Shown: piece after piece, positions 46,324 through 64,000 of the stretch
How the letters are laid out: each line of letters opens with the position of its first letter
How positions within the stretch are numbered: position 1 is the stretch's first letter
Assembly (NCBI GenBank): GCA_051362555.1
Contig: CM120640.1
Span: 39,348,788-39,412,787 of the forward strand
DNA from: Lingula anatina
Lineage: Eukaryota > Animalia > Brachiopoda
Direction of reading: 5' to 3'
Length of the DNA: 64,000 bases
Translations under genes and position numbers: made by a program
The notes under the pieces: generated by a model
Told to the model about the DNA's origin: nothing
Seen by the model: only the letters and a program-made list of their open reading frames with translations
The model's database searches: none

Positions 46324-49300
46324 ATGAAAGCATTGTCCGTAGCGTTGGCGCTTTGCATAGCGTCGCATGTTACTGTAAGTTGATTTCTTTCAATGAAAAG
46401 TTTTGCTGTAAGGTATATTATTTTGTTATGTGCATTTTCTGCATTATCTATACACAATTAAATTATGTAAAACGTATATGTCTTATGTCAGATTCTTTAT
46501 AGCAAAATAGCATTTATTTTTCACAATAAAGAGAGTTTTGAGATTGATCAATTCACAGCTTTTAAAACCCTCCATGAGCTAGAAAATGAGCCCTGAGCAA
46601 CAAGATAAAGAGGCCTAAAGTATGGTAAAGTTGGTGATGGATATTAATTGGAACGATCGGCATTGAAAAGAAATCGTAATTCGAGTTATGATTAAGTATT
46701 TTGCCTGAAAGCATAGGACAAAGGTGGCATTTTCCATTATGCATAACGTGTGAATAACGTGCCAATAGTAGGCCCCTATGCCGATAACCTCTTTTTCAAT
46801 TATTTCTTGCAGGCTGTCCCCATTCCCGAGGAAGCAGGTGAAAACCCACATCGTTAATTTTTTGTCATCTTTTTCCTTTCTATCTTCTTGCTGACTCTGA
46901 TTTTCCTTTCTAGTGAAGTAGCAAATCATTCTTTTCCGTCAAATAAGTTCACATCATCGAGCTTTGTTAACTTTACATCCTTAAAACATAGAGTGCATTC
47001 CCAGAGATTTAGATCGATCCATCCGGATCGACCTAACTCCCTGGGGGTTCACGCTAAATTGCAGTCAGTCGAGCGCGCACGACAGTTAATTACCCCCTTA
47101 CAGCTTTTAGTAGTCAGGACAGACGCTTAAGCCGGCTAAGCTGACAGTAATCTAGTGAGACTCCCCACAGGGATAGATCAATCTAAAATCTGTGGGAATG
47201 GGGTCTATTCTATGACCCCATTCCCACAGATTTTAGATCGATCTATCCCTGTGGGGATCTATCTAAATCTCTGGGAATGCACTCATAGACTTTATTTTCG
47301 ATAGTTGTAATTTTACTTGGTAATAAACAAGAACAATACCATCCTTAACTTTAAGAAGTAACTCTCTGTTTTAGAATCATGGGCAGACGACCTCACTGAG
47401 TATGAGATTTCCCCAGAGGAGGCTGGTGGTGAGTAGAGCAACGAAAGGTTATCAGCAGATATAATGCATATTTTTAGAAAAGACAGGTGTTTCGCCGCCA
47501 CAGACACTTCGACTTCATCTTTCAAGCATATATATATATATATATAGCAATATTTGTCGGGGTATATTTTTAGCTGATTGTCACTGATGTTATAAATTGA
47601 AAATTGAAACGAAATGAGTTTGCCTTTTCATCATATAATCACTTCCGTTTTGTTATCTTTGAGTATAGCGGTATGACAGAACTTCGTAGTGAGAACAATT
47701 TCAGCCTTTTCCTCTCAATGTGTATTATTGTTCGTATGTCTTGGCTGGCCATTCTTTATTTCTGCATTTTGGTTTTCAGCCTTTACCTCTTAAAGTTTTT
47801 AACTGTTTGTCGTGACTTTCGTGTTATTCTTTATTGTTTTTCTTTATTTCTGCCTTTTATGTTCTATTTTTTCGCATACTTTCAACTTATTGCATGCATT
47901 TTTTAGGGAAATTTGAGGGTGACATGGATATAGAACCTGACTTTTTTAAGGTAAATCTCATTGGATTCTTCAAACCGTCAAACAACGCAAATGAGAATAT
48001 GTCTCGGTAAAACAACGTCACGTGCAATTTCTTTTTTTTTTCTTAATAAACTATATATAAATATTAATGGCTTTGGATTCCATAAAATAAGCACAGGATA
48101 TAATACCACGACTACTCTTGACTCGGACACAAAAAATGTTTGTGTCCGCCCTCTAAAAATCCATTGAAAATCCTTTAGCCAAGGTTTGATCATTTTTGCG
48201 TCTTTTTCTAAATATTCAGCATCGTAATGCCCTTGCAGCTAGCGGTAAGAGGTGGCCCAACGGTCAGGTACCTTACGTCATCAGCAGCTCGTACAGTAAG
48301 TATTAAATTTAATTTTCCAAGCCACTAGACTCATTATCATATGTTATTCACATGTAATATAATATTGCATTCGTCTCTTTAAATAAACTTAGGCCTATTT
48401 ATGTAGAGCTTTCTTTCCCTTCATGGTGCTGGTTCGGCTACAACACTGATAAGCATGTTAAGGCCTTTTGCTAGACCTTGGCCCCTAAATCCCCTTCAGA
48501 AACACATACCCTTTCTCACAGTGCAATAAGTACATATTTTATTTTGAGTCAAATAAAATCCAGTACTCGCATTAATGTCGCCCACGACCATTTCATTTTG
48601 ATAAGTTTCCTTTTTATTTATTCGTTTTCGTTCAGCCTCATCGCAAAAGTCCTTCATCACCGACGCTATGAGAGAAATAGAGGAGAAGACTAAAGTTGGT
48701 TCAACCAATTGCGTTCGTTTTGTCGCCCGATCCTCACAGCCAGACTATATCTCAATAAAACCTTTAACTGGGTGAGGTTAAGTCATTTTTATACTTGAAC
48801 AGCGATGTTGGTAAACTTTTTCAAACACAAAAGGAAGATTTAGGCCTACTTGTTGGATTGATAAGGGAAATGTCAATGCTATCGTCATCTCTTCCTATGA
48901 ACGAGAAGTGTTATTCTGTAATACATTGTAAATTTGTAATTCTGTAAATAATGATTTTCGAAAGATGCTGGCCTCATTTCTCTGGCCTATGCCCAATATA
49001 CAACTGGGCAGCGGTTAAAACATTGCTGATAACATTATAGCTGTTACTCTGGGGTTGGCAAAAAAAGCAGAGGTGGATCTCAGGATCTGTCCCTGGCTAG
49101 AGGATGCATGAACAAAGGTGTCATCATGCACGAGCTTCTACACACTCTCGGCTTCCACCACGAGCAGAGCCGCGCTGACAGAGACAACTACGTCACCATT
49201 CATTGGGATAACATAAAGGATGGTGGGTGGTCAGTAGTGGGGGCAATTCAGATACCACATATTGTGAACGGTTGTTAAAAACCAAGTACTGTTAGGACAA

Positions 49301-50222
49301 CAGACTGCATTTTCTGATATTTTATGGTTTTTTAAATAAAATTAAGGCCGAAGAGTTTTTTGCTCTCGTTTCAATATCCAGAATGTATGGCATTTGGTTG
49401 TGCGTTTGCAAGCGTGTGCTTGCGTGGGGTTGTGTTTATGCATGTTTTCATTCTGATGACGCGCTGTTAATCTTTCATTCTGTTTGACCCTTTTACCTAC
49501 ATTTTCACAGGTAAAAGCTCTAACTTCAAAAAGTACGAACTCGGCTACATCCAACACCTAACCAACTACGACTACGGTTCTATAATGCACTACGGGAGGT
49601 ATGGCTTTGCTGCAGACAGGACCAAGCCCACCATCACCCCTAAACGTGACGGTGCGACCATTGGGCAACGCGTCGCTCTCAGCACATCTGATATTAGTGA
49701 GATAAGGCAATTTTATAATTGCGGCGGAAGTGGTGAGAATTGCACTCCGATTCATTGGTATATTTCATAAATATAATTTTGAAAAATTCACAGTAGAAGA
49801 GGGCGTAATGTCGTATCTCCCAGTAAATTATAAATATGTTTTTGTCATCGTAATATCTTCACCCTTTTAAAAAATTGTACGTGCAAAATTTAAAAGTGAA
49901 AATATAATTATTTTCGGTTGGAAATTATTTAGATTAACCATGTTATGATATGAAAATGGTTAGAAAATGATGCTTTCAAGCCGAAAATGTTTATTCACTA
50001 TAGCGTGCTTTCATTAAGGGAGCACGAACACAGCGACCACCAGCAAGCCAGTGACTCAAAAACCTGTAACCCAACAACCTGGTAAATATGCAATTTAAAA
50101 AAACTTTTTATAAATGTATTATTTGTTACTCCTATGAACAGTCGGGGAAAAGGTTAATGCCCATCTAAGCAAGACTCAATTGATTTTCTTACTTTCCTAT
50201 TTTTCGTCCACTTCTAAGCATG

Positions 50223-50263
<41 letters not shown>

Positions 50264-51435
50264 TTATAATTTCATATTCTCCCTGTAGGAACCTACCTGT
50301 CTTTCTGTAACTTCGACAGCGGCAGCCTCTGCGGCTGGACCCAAGACAGCTCGGACGATATAAACTGGACTCTAAAATCCGGGGCCACGAGCTCAGCAAA
50401 TACCGGACCTAGTTCTGGATATGGCGGCAGCGGTATGGTCCTTAAGCAATGGTTCTGTAATCAGAATTGGTTGTCGTAATTCGAGTTGGATATGGGAGAC
50501 GTTTCTTCGTGGTTTTACTAGAAAGCGTGTAGTTTTCATATACTTTTGGCATGAATTTAAAGAGAAAGAACCTACTTCCTTTTCCATGTAGTTCCTATGG
50601 TATAAACTCATGCCCTATAAGTTATGGAGGTTATGGAGGAGAGAAAGATTGTCGAACTGATCATGATCATAGCACACTGGCTTGAGTTGTCACTCTTTGT
50701 AGAAAACGAGGTGAACATGACATCAAGATTCCCATTGTCCACTGTATTCAGTAACGTTTTCACTTATAAATTACAAACAGTTTTCTTTACATCATCTACT
50801 TTACCTCTAGGTAAATACATGTACGTTGAAGCGAGTGGGAAATCGGCGGGTGCTGTGGCCAGGCTTCTCTCTCCACGCATATCTCACCCCGGCGGTTCCC
50901 AGCAATACTGTGTGACCATGTCCTACCACATGTACGGGAACACCATGGGGAACTTGATGATAGGTACCAAGCTCGGCTCCTCTTTGAAGACCATGTACAC
51001 ACTGAAAGGAGAAAAAGGCAACTCCTGGAGAAATATGCGCCTTACTACCACTATTTCTTATTCTGGATCATCCCTTCAAGTAAGTTTTGCGGGTGTTTAG
51101 ATTTAAAATGGAAAAACAGAAGCAATTTGTGGAAGAATTTAATGACGTCGTTTTGTTAGATTCTGTTGCTAATATTAGGCTGTAGCAGCGTTGCCTCAGA
51201 AATATAGAACTCTCCAGGGCATACTATTTAGATGTGTTGTCATTGTTTCACATCGGACCCTTATCACAATTTAATTATAAACTACTATTGTTTATTGTTG
51301 ATATTATTTAGATTTAAAGGTTGTCTTCATCAAAACACGTCTTTCTTTTAGTTCTTTTTTGCGGGTGAAAGAGGAAGTGGCGTCAGGAGTGACATTGCCA
51401 TCGACAACGTCAAGATCAGCCGTGGCCGATGTTAA
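46324..51435 (+). CDS. Secreted astacin+MAM metalloprotease, copy B, 12 exons
   Basis: Exons 46324-46374, 46813-46837, 47375-47428, 47907-47950, 48220-48295, 48636-48771, 49041-49222, 49511-49732, 50019-50081, 50289-50432, 50811-51079 and 51352-51435. [33 protein letters not shown] and MAM present. AATAAA at 51535. Confidence 0.92.
46991..47284. mobile_element. About 295-bp inverted-repeat element with an internal end-to-end hairpin, in astacin B intron 2
   Basis: 30-bp TIR GAGTGCATTCCCAGAGATTTAGAT(C/A)GATCC. CATAG direct repeat overlaps both ends. Internal 44-bp arms at 47162-47205 and 47214-47257. Absent from copy A. Confidence 0.8.
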
Positions 51436-51621
51436 CAGCAGCAATAAGTCTGTTAGAAAATTTCACGCTATGCAATTCAGAGGACACTTTATAAACTCGA
51501 GCGTGTAAAGCACTTTGTCCACATGAAATCTTATAATAAAATACGATCACATAGACTTTAGGCTTTGCATTCAAAACAACAGCTTCTCAGTTTTCTTAAA
51601 GACGCAACAGAAGATTTCCTT

Positions 51622-51823
51622 AATTACCTTCGCCAAGGAGGTTATGTTTTCACCCCTGTTTGTCTGTCTGTCTGTTTGTTTGTTTCAGGGTAGGTGGGAA
51701 ATGGGTTAACTTAGAAGTGATTACTTTTTGGTGGTGCTCCGGATCAGTAATCAATCAATAATCAATATTAATCAAAAATCGATTCCTTGGCGGAGGTCTG
51801 CGCTCTCGGAGTGCTTTTCTAGT
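51622..51823 (+). mobile_element. Helentron-associated non-autonomous element (HINE/DINE-1-like)
   Basis: 5' subterminal repeat ccttcgccaagg followed by aggt, a (GTCT)/(GTTT) microsatellite, the 3' complement ccttggcggagg, a short hairpin gcgctc-tcg-gagtgc and a ttttctagtt end. Confidence 0.8.
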
Positions 51824-53043
51824 TTTTATTTATTTTACAAATATTTGTGTTGCTGCGGTGGGGCTGAGGGGTTAAATGTCTTCTTCGGTCTTACAATTTT
51901 TCTCACTCATCGAGAGACCTGTCAAAACAATTTAAACAGTATTGTGGGGTTATAGGACTGCAAAGCGGTGCATCAATATTTAAAAGTGACAAGTCACATT
52001 CTTTGAGAATTGACAGAAAAAGGTAATTATTTTTTAATTAAAAAAAAAAATCTGTCTTTTAGCTTCCATGTCTTCAAAATGAGATATCAAAAAACATTAA
52101 GGCCCCGTTTGAACTGTTACTGTATGTATTTTAACAAGCTCTGAAAAATTCACCATCACATCCAGATGAGTTGAGTGATCAAACAGACCACGTTGACCGC
52201 ATTTCAAAAAAGTATTGTCCTACCTTTGAATTTTAATTAAATGAAGTAGTTGTTTTTATGGAACATGCTAACGTCATGGCACTTTAAGTTTAACTAGATA
52301 AAATGAAATATAAACGGGAAAATATCGTATTTTCAGTTGAATTTTAAATTTTTTTCTTTAAAAAATATCTAATCATATTGTAGCCCATATAATTCAACAT
52401 GATTTATTTACATGCAGAACAGTAACATCTATTTGTCACGTTTTTAACAGATTCCGGTGTCTTTTGCGAAAAACAATGTGAGCAATAAAAATTACATACG
52501 AAATACAATTCATAGTGCACCAGGTTTCAACTCTGTTTTTACTGGGTTTTCAATGTTCCAATACTTTTTTCGAGCTCGAGTTGTTTTTAGAATCAAAGAT
52601 TGAGAAACGGAAGAAGATAAACAATTTGGTTAAAGTTAGCTCCCCCCGTCGTTGCATATTCCTAGGTTAGTAGATTATCTTGAGTTCCAGCTCATTCAAA
52701 ATATTTCTTGACCAAAATTGTAATCGTTCCAAACCCAATTAAATAAGGCACTGTGCGTGATCTCAGTTTCTGATGTTTTGATGCAGCCATTTAAGATTAA
52801 GTTTAAAAGCTGGCATATCTCTCTCACATGATCCTTTTAATTGTAATCACTAACTTTGATTAAAACAGGTCATTTTTTGCTATTTCAATATAGTAATGGA
52901 ATCAATTTTCCAATTTCCACCACACATCTGCACCGTCCACAGCTTCGGTCTTAAGTTGAGGGTCGCTTTATCAGTTCCTTGACATTATATTTTACACCGC
53001 CCATGTAGAAGGATGGGCTAGCCGTCGGATAATGAAACGTAGC

Positions 53044-53050
53044 TATAAAA
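53044..53050 (+). promoter_or_regulatory. TATA box of astacin C
   Basis: TATAAAA 74 nt upstream of the ATG at 53118. Confidence 0.55.
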
Positions 53051-53117
53051 CGGTTAATTTCAGTCTGCTGTTCGCACTCGACTCGACACCTTGTGAAGAC
53101 CGGTGAAGACAAGCAAG

Positions 53118-59405
<6,288 letters not shown>

Positions 59406-62400
59406 AAGTCTCAGTATCTTATTCTGGCGAGACATATTTCAAAACAGGGTAATCTGATTGGTGTCTTTGCTGTCATTTGTGTACAGATGTGTTTTGAAAT
59501 AAACTATTCTTGCAGTTCAAAATAATGCATATATACATGTCTTTGTGCCGTCAAAGAACTATTCTGTGGCGGCTGTGGTGAAATGTAGAATATAGACCTT
59601 ATTGGTTTAGTTTTTATGACTTACGGATGGTACATTGAATCAGGAATTTAGTCAGTGGCCATTTATTTAAGTAAAGAAAAGGAGTCTAAAACTAAAATTT
59701 GTCATTGCACGCGCATACCACTAACACACCAAACTCTTAGTGCAACTAACACAGTGTAAATGGTAAGAGATCAACAAATATATACGAACATTATTATACT
59801 ACCAGCAGTCCGAATTGGTAAAGTCAATTGTTGGATTGGTCATTTAATTCATCATAACTTTGTACTAAATCTGGCGGTCTCTCGAGGCGATAAAACCAAG
59901 GAGTTACTGTTGTAACTCTTTGATAAAACATTCAATGATTATTTGTTATTTTTAGTATTATAATCTTATTCATTCCCCCCCCTTTCACAAAAATAGTAAG
60001 TAAAATAATTTCCTGTGTAAATGGAAATTGTAGAAATTCACAGCGGTTTCATATGTATCTTTGAATCATTCACAAACTGAATGCAACTTTGTCATTCCAC
60101 TGCCAAAGTACTGAAAGGTTAATGGCCTGCTCCCAATGATAAGTAAAACTAGGTTAACAAACAATGGGTCACCGGGTTATATAACGGCCGCCCTATCAAC
60201 CCAGATAGTGGTTGTCGGTGATAAGTACACGCGGACGCAAGTGATTATTTTTAGAGAGCCGTTGATAAGCTTTTTAAGTGCAAATTTGCTTTCATTTAAA
60301 CAGTTTTAGGTCTGTTTTTTATCGTGATGAAAAATGGAGCATTATTAGCCTATAAACTTTTTAGGACTACAAATAGCTTACCTGTATGTTACATTTCCCA
60401 GAGCAATCTTTTCAGTAGGTGTCAACAAGAATATATCTTTGAGTCTGTGGTCTACGTTGGATATTTAAAAGTTCTATACCACCTTAGACATAACACAGTT
60501 TTATTGGACGCATTTTAATTTAATGTTTGCGAAACCATCAAATCTAAAACGTCTAAAAGGTACCGGAGAAAAGTTTTTGTTAAAATAAAACAATGTTATG
60601 TTAGTTTTTCTATAAGCAGTTTTGAAAAATGATATAGCTTAAAAATGGGTGATAAGTTTTCTTAGAATTTGGAGATATAAGAATAGGCACCTTAAAAATA
60701 TATAGCTGGACTTAAAGGCCACGATCCCTTTTAGTGTACTTAATATACAGTATAAAACAATGACATAGTTACTTAACCCAATTTAAAATCGGTCAGGTCA
60801 TTAACCGAATTTAAATGCAGTAAAATCAGGTTAGCTACACATAGTGGTGTTTTCGATAATTTTATCCGCAATACGCGATATTGTTCCTAAAATATAGCCT
60901 GAAGTGTAACATGTATCCTGATATACCAGGACAGACAAGTCGAACCATGGAGATAATTATGCACTTTTATCTTTGGTTAGTTGAACATAGGATCGGAATG
61001 CTACACAAATAATATCTCCCAAAACAACATTTTTTTAAAAAAAATATTTTTATTTTATAACCAAACATTGCCGTTTTATTGTGAATCATTGTGGAGATTT
61101 ACAACGAAAATCTTCCATTTGAAAAAATAACACGTGCTCAACAACGTGAATAGGAAACACATACTATACTTCACGCGGCAGTGCACGTCATCGCTCTCGT
61201 AGAAGAAGCATGACCACGGCGTTTGCTATGTCATGCTGATATGATAGCTGACTGGACCTATATTTGACTCCTTGCATTAGTTACATATATACAATTCTAA
61301 GGGTGCTTTTATTCATCTAATCATTTTAGTCTTATATATTTAATTTAGCAATGTCCGAGTCCGGTTTGATATGAATGGCAGCCCTTTGATTGTCCCATAT
61401 GATTCACGATGGTTAGTACTGGTTAGGGTTAGTCGGAGTACTGGGGCTACAATATGGGACGAATGTCACCTGTACAAAGTAATGGGAAACGGACTACGGT
61501 TCCTAGCGGACTACCATTCCTGTCACACCGGTAGGGTGAACCGTTTTGAGTGTTAAATGCTCATCTCACCTACGGCTGCTCTGATGAAATGTGAATCAAT
61601 GAAGACCTCGGGAGTGGCGTCCCTTTTCGACAAGTCCTTTTTATCCTGTTCGTGTCATCAAAAACAATTGACTCGTTGATTACGAAAAAGAATTTGCATT
61701 TATTTTTGACTAGTAGTTAATGAACAGATGGATGACATAAAAGTGGGGAGAACCATGCGTTTACATAAATATAAATATATCTTCTATGGAAACCAATGTA
61801 TACCATAGTTAAATGTCCTCTCTACTGTCCCATTTCAACCAATGGGTCGTACTTACTGTCCGACTCCATATATAGAAAGCTTGTAAATGAATTTACTGTG
61901 CGTTACGTGGTACCCCCCCCCCCTTCAAACTTTACTGCAGCTTTACCTTCACGAAACTAAACAAACGGAGGTAGTGCAATATGTAAGTCTACGTACAATA
62001 GTAGTAGTGAACACGGCATAAAGAGAGAATCCAGTCCCACATATAACACCTTTGTTAGCGCAGAATATAAAACAGTTAACAATTAATTGGTATGCGTTCA
62101 ACGTAACTACATGTATATTATTATTATAGTTAGAAAAATGCATTCATTTTCTTATAATCTGAGAACCAATAATCCGAATACCTCACGTCTTCCTAAATCG
62201 TATTCTGACCTCCGACCTATCTATTATGTTAATAAAATTTATAGCAACATATTTGGCGATAATTATTCTGTAATTATCATATAGATAAGCTAGCACCTTA
62301 AAACACAAAACTGTGCATTAGTATAATTAACACAAAAATTCTAATCTAAATAACCTGGCGTCCAAAATTAGTCAAATATTTAAAAAAAATCCAGCAACAT

Positions 62401-62863
62401 CACAGGCAAATCATAGTCATATAAAGCAATCAATTAGTCAAAGGAAGAAAATTAATGAACATGCTTTTTAGTGGCTAATTTGGTCTAGACATGTATGCAC
62501 TGTAAACCTGAAAGTGTCCTTCACCGCCAACGTGCAGTGGGAACAATGCAGTCCGATTATAAGACTACTACAGTTCCACCGTCTACGGAAACAAATAGTC
62601 AGAAGCTTGGCAACACACAAAGAAAATAAATAAATAAATAAATAAATGAGAATGGATCTTTCAATTAGGAAATCATATTGAGCAGGAATCATTGTAAAAT
62701 ATCTGTAAATATTATTTGATAATGTATTTTTAATTTATTCTTTTACATGATATAAAAAATGCATTTATGTATTAACATGTAACATTCGACCATTTTTCAT
62801 TGATTAATAAAGGCAACCTGAAATATAATAACCAATGGAAGAAAAGTTGTTCGGAAGAAGCTT

Positions 62864-63710
62864 TCATAATGTGTCTGTTGACTGTTGATTTGTTTCTTCA
62901 AGGGACTGTCTGAGATCTGACAAAATCTCATCAGAATCATATTCGGGTGTTGAAAATCCAGTATGGGCATATGGCTCTATGGGACACTCATCACTTAACA
63001 AGTCATCCATCCACCTGGGATTTTCTAATATTTCTATGGGGCTATCATCGTTTTTTGAATTGTCAATCCACCTGGAATTTCCAATTTCATATCCAAACTC
63101 TCCATCAGATTTCATTTCCACGTAGTTGTCCCAGCTAAGTTCCAGCTGAGACTTTGGGGAGGTGGACAAAGACAAAGGACTAGATGTTATATTTTTGGAA
63201 GTGTCACTACAAAAGGCACTATCTGTGCCAGCTCCTGAAGAATCAGCCACCACACTGAATATTTCTGTCACTTTCAGCTTCTGGTCCTCGTCTAAGTAAT
63301 AATAAGCCAACACTGCCTCCTGCTGGTTGGCTTCATGGAGACAGTGTTCAAATGTATCCACCAGCTGTTCACACATATCATCTTTGTGGGGGCTGCCACC
63401 TATTGGTGACCCTGTGGAAATTTCCCCATGAAAATCCCTGTGTGGGTTTCTAGCATGCACCTCAAGATGGTGGTGATGGTCCTCCTCTAATTTGTGGCGT
63501 ATATGACTAACTCTGTGGAAGATCTGAGGTATTGGATCGTGGCATGGCAACGGGACATCGTATGGGTTGGAGTTTTCTCTCTCAACACAGATATCCCAGT
63601 GGCGTAAATGTTTTGATGCTGTGTATGTTTTATAGTCGGACTGTGTGTCAGGAACATAACCAGGCTCCTCAGCATCATATGCATCACTTATGGCCAACTG
63701 GCAGGTGAAC
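62864..63710 (-). CDS. Terminal coding exon (about 281 codons) of an unidentified gene continuing beyond the window
   Basis: Acceptor tctttcacag before 63710, then an open frame FTCQLAISDAYDAEEPGYVPDTQSDYKTYTASKHLRHWDICVE... to TGA. His-rich tract followed by an acidic Ser-rich tail. Confidence 0.75.
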
Positions 63711-64000
63711 CTGTGAAAGATGAATATATAGATACTATTAGGTCTTCACCACCCTGTACTGTGTGTTACACATCTTTAATATGATCATTGTTTCATTTTA
63801 ATTTCTCACTTACAAAACCTTTATCAAAGTTCTAGTACAGCAGTTATACCTTTATAAAAAATAATATTTTAATAAAGAACAAATGCAATGCACTTACACC
63901 TTGCATTGTAATAGCAATAATTTCATGTCTTACTTAACAGAATTTCCACTACACTGAAGAATCAGAGGTTAGTCAGTATAAATGGTATGCAATTATTATA

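Larger units (their letters stand above)
38900..51540. repeat. Tandem segmental duplication, unit 2 (FBXO21 relics, HPGD-like gene, orphan ORF, astacin B)
   Basis: Collinear with unit 1 apart from the 3.5-kb HPGD segment (about 39700-43200) and element insertions. Confidence 0.85.

Noticed and set aside
30500-51540. Duplication as an uncollapsed-haplotype artefact
   Set aside because: Considered unlikely: some introns are unalignable, gene content differs, and the junction contains decayed FBXO21 sequence. Read depth is still needed to exclude it fully.
60712-61300. TTAA-AGG start suggesting another Kolobok MITE (similar hint at about 51980-52288)
   Set aside because: No convincing matching inverted terminus found.
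61575-61625. CTGATGA as a possible hammerhead ribozyme core (also at 25183)
   Set aside because: No stem II followed by GAAA and no stem III/NUH arrangement.

Overview
AT-rich, intron-rich animal genomic DNA, probably a lophotrochozoan/mollusc-like invertebrate (inference). Gene models were built by hand from GT-AG splice sites and reading-frame phase. Family calls rest on recalled motifs, not database searches. From left to right: TMEM17 (-, 4 exons); a head-to-head SPAG5/Astrin-like coiled-coil gene (+, 20 coding exons); FBXO21 (-, 12 exons), convergent with it; then three secreted astacin+MAM metalloproteases (+) with a 15-hydroxyprostaglandin dehydrogenase-like SDR (-) among them; and the terminal exon of an unidentified gene (-). 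About 28.7-38.9 kb and 38.9-51.5 kb are two copies of a tandem duplication that started inside FBXO21. Copy 1 carries the intact FBXO21 5' end and no HPGD; copy 2 carries HPGD and only FBXO21 relics. Both keep a perfect CTCF-consensus site and a small orphan transmembrane ORF. Other points of interest: a 72-bp coding repeat in the Astrin-like gene that spells an array of RFX X-boxes next to the ciliary gene TMEM17; a TCTCGCGAGA motif in the shared promoter; a CpG-poor/CpG-rich switch near 30 kb; and several non-autonomous DNA transposons, one with an internal end-to-end junction. No complete novel system can be proven from sequence alone.
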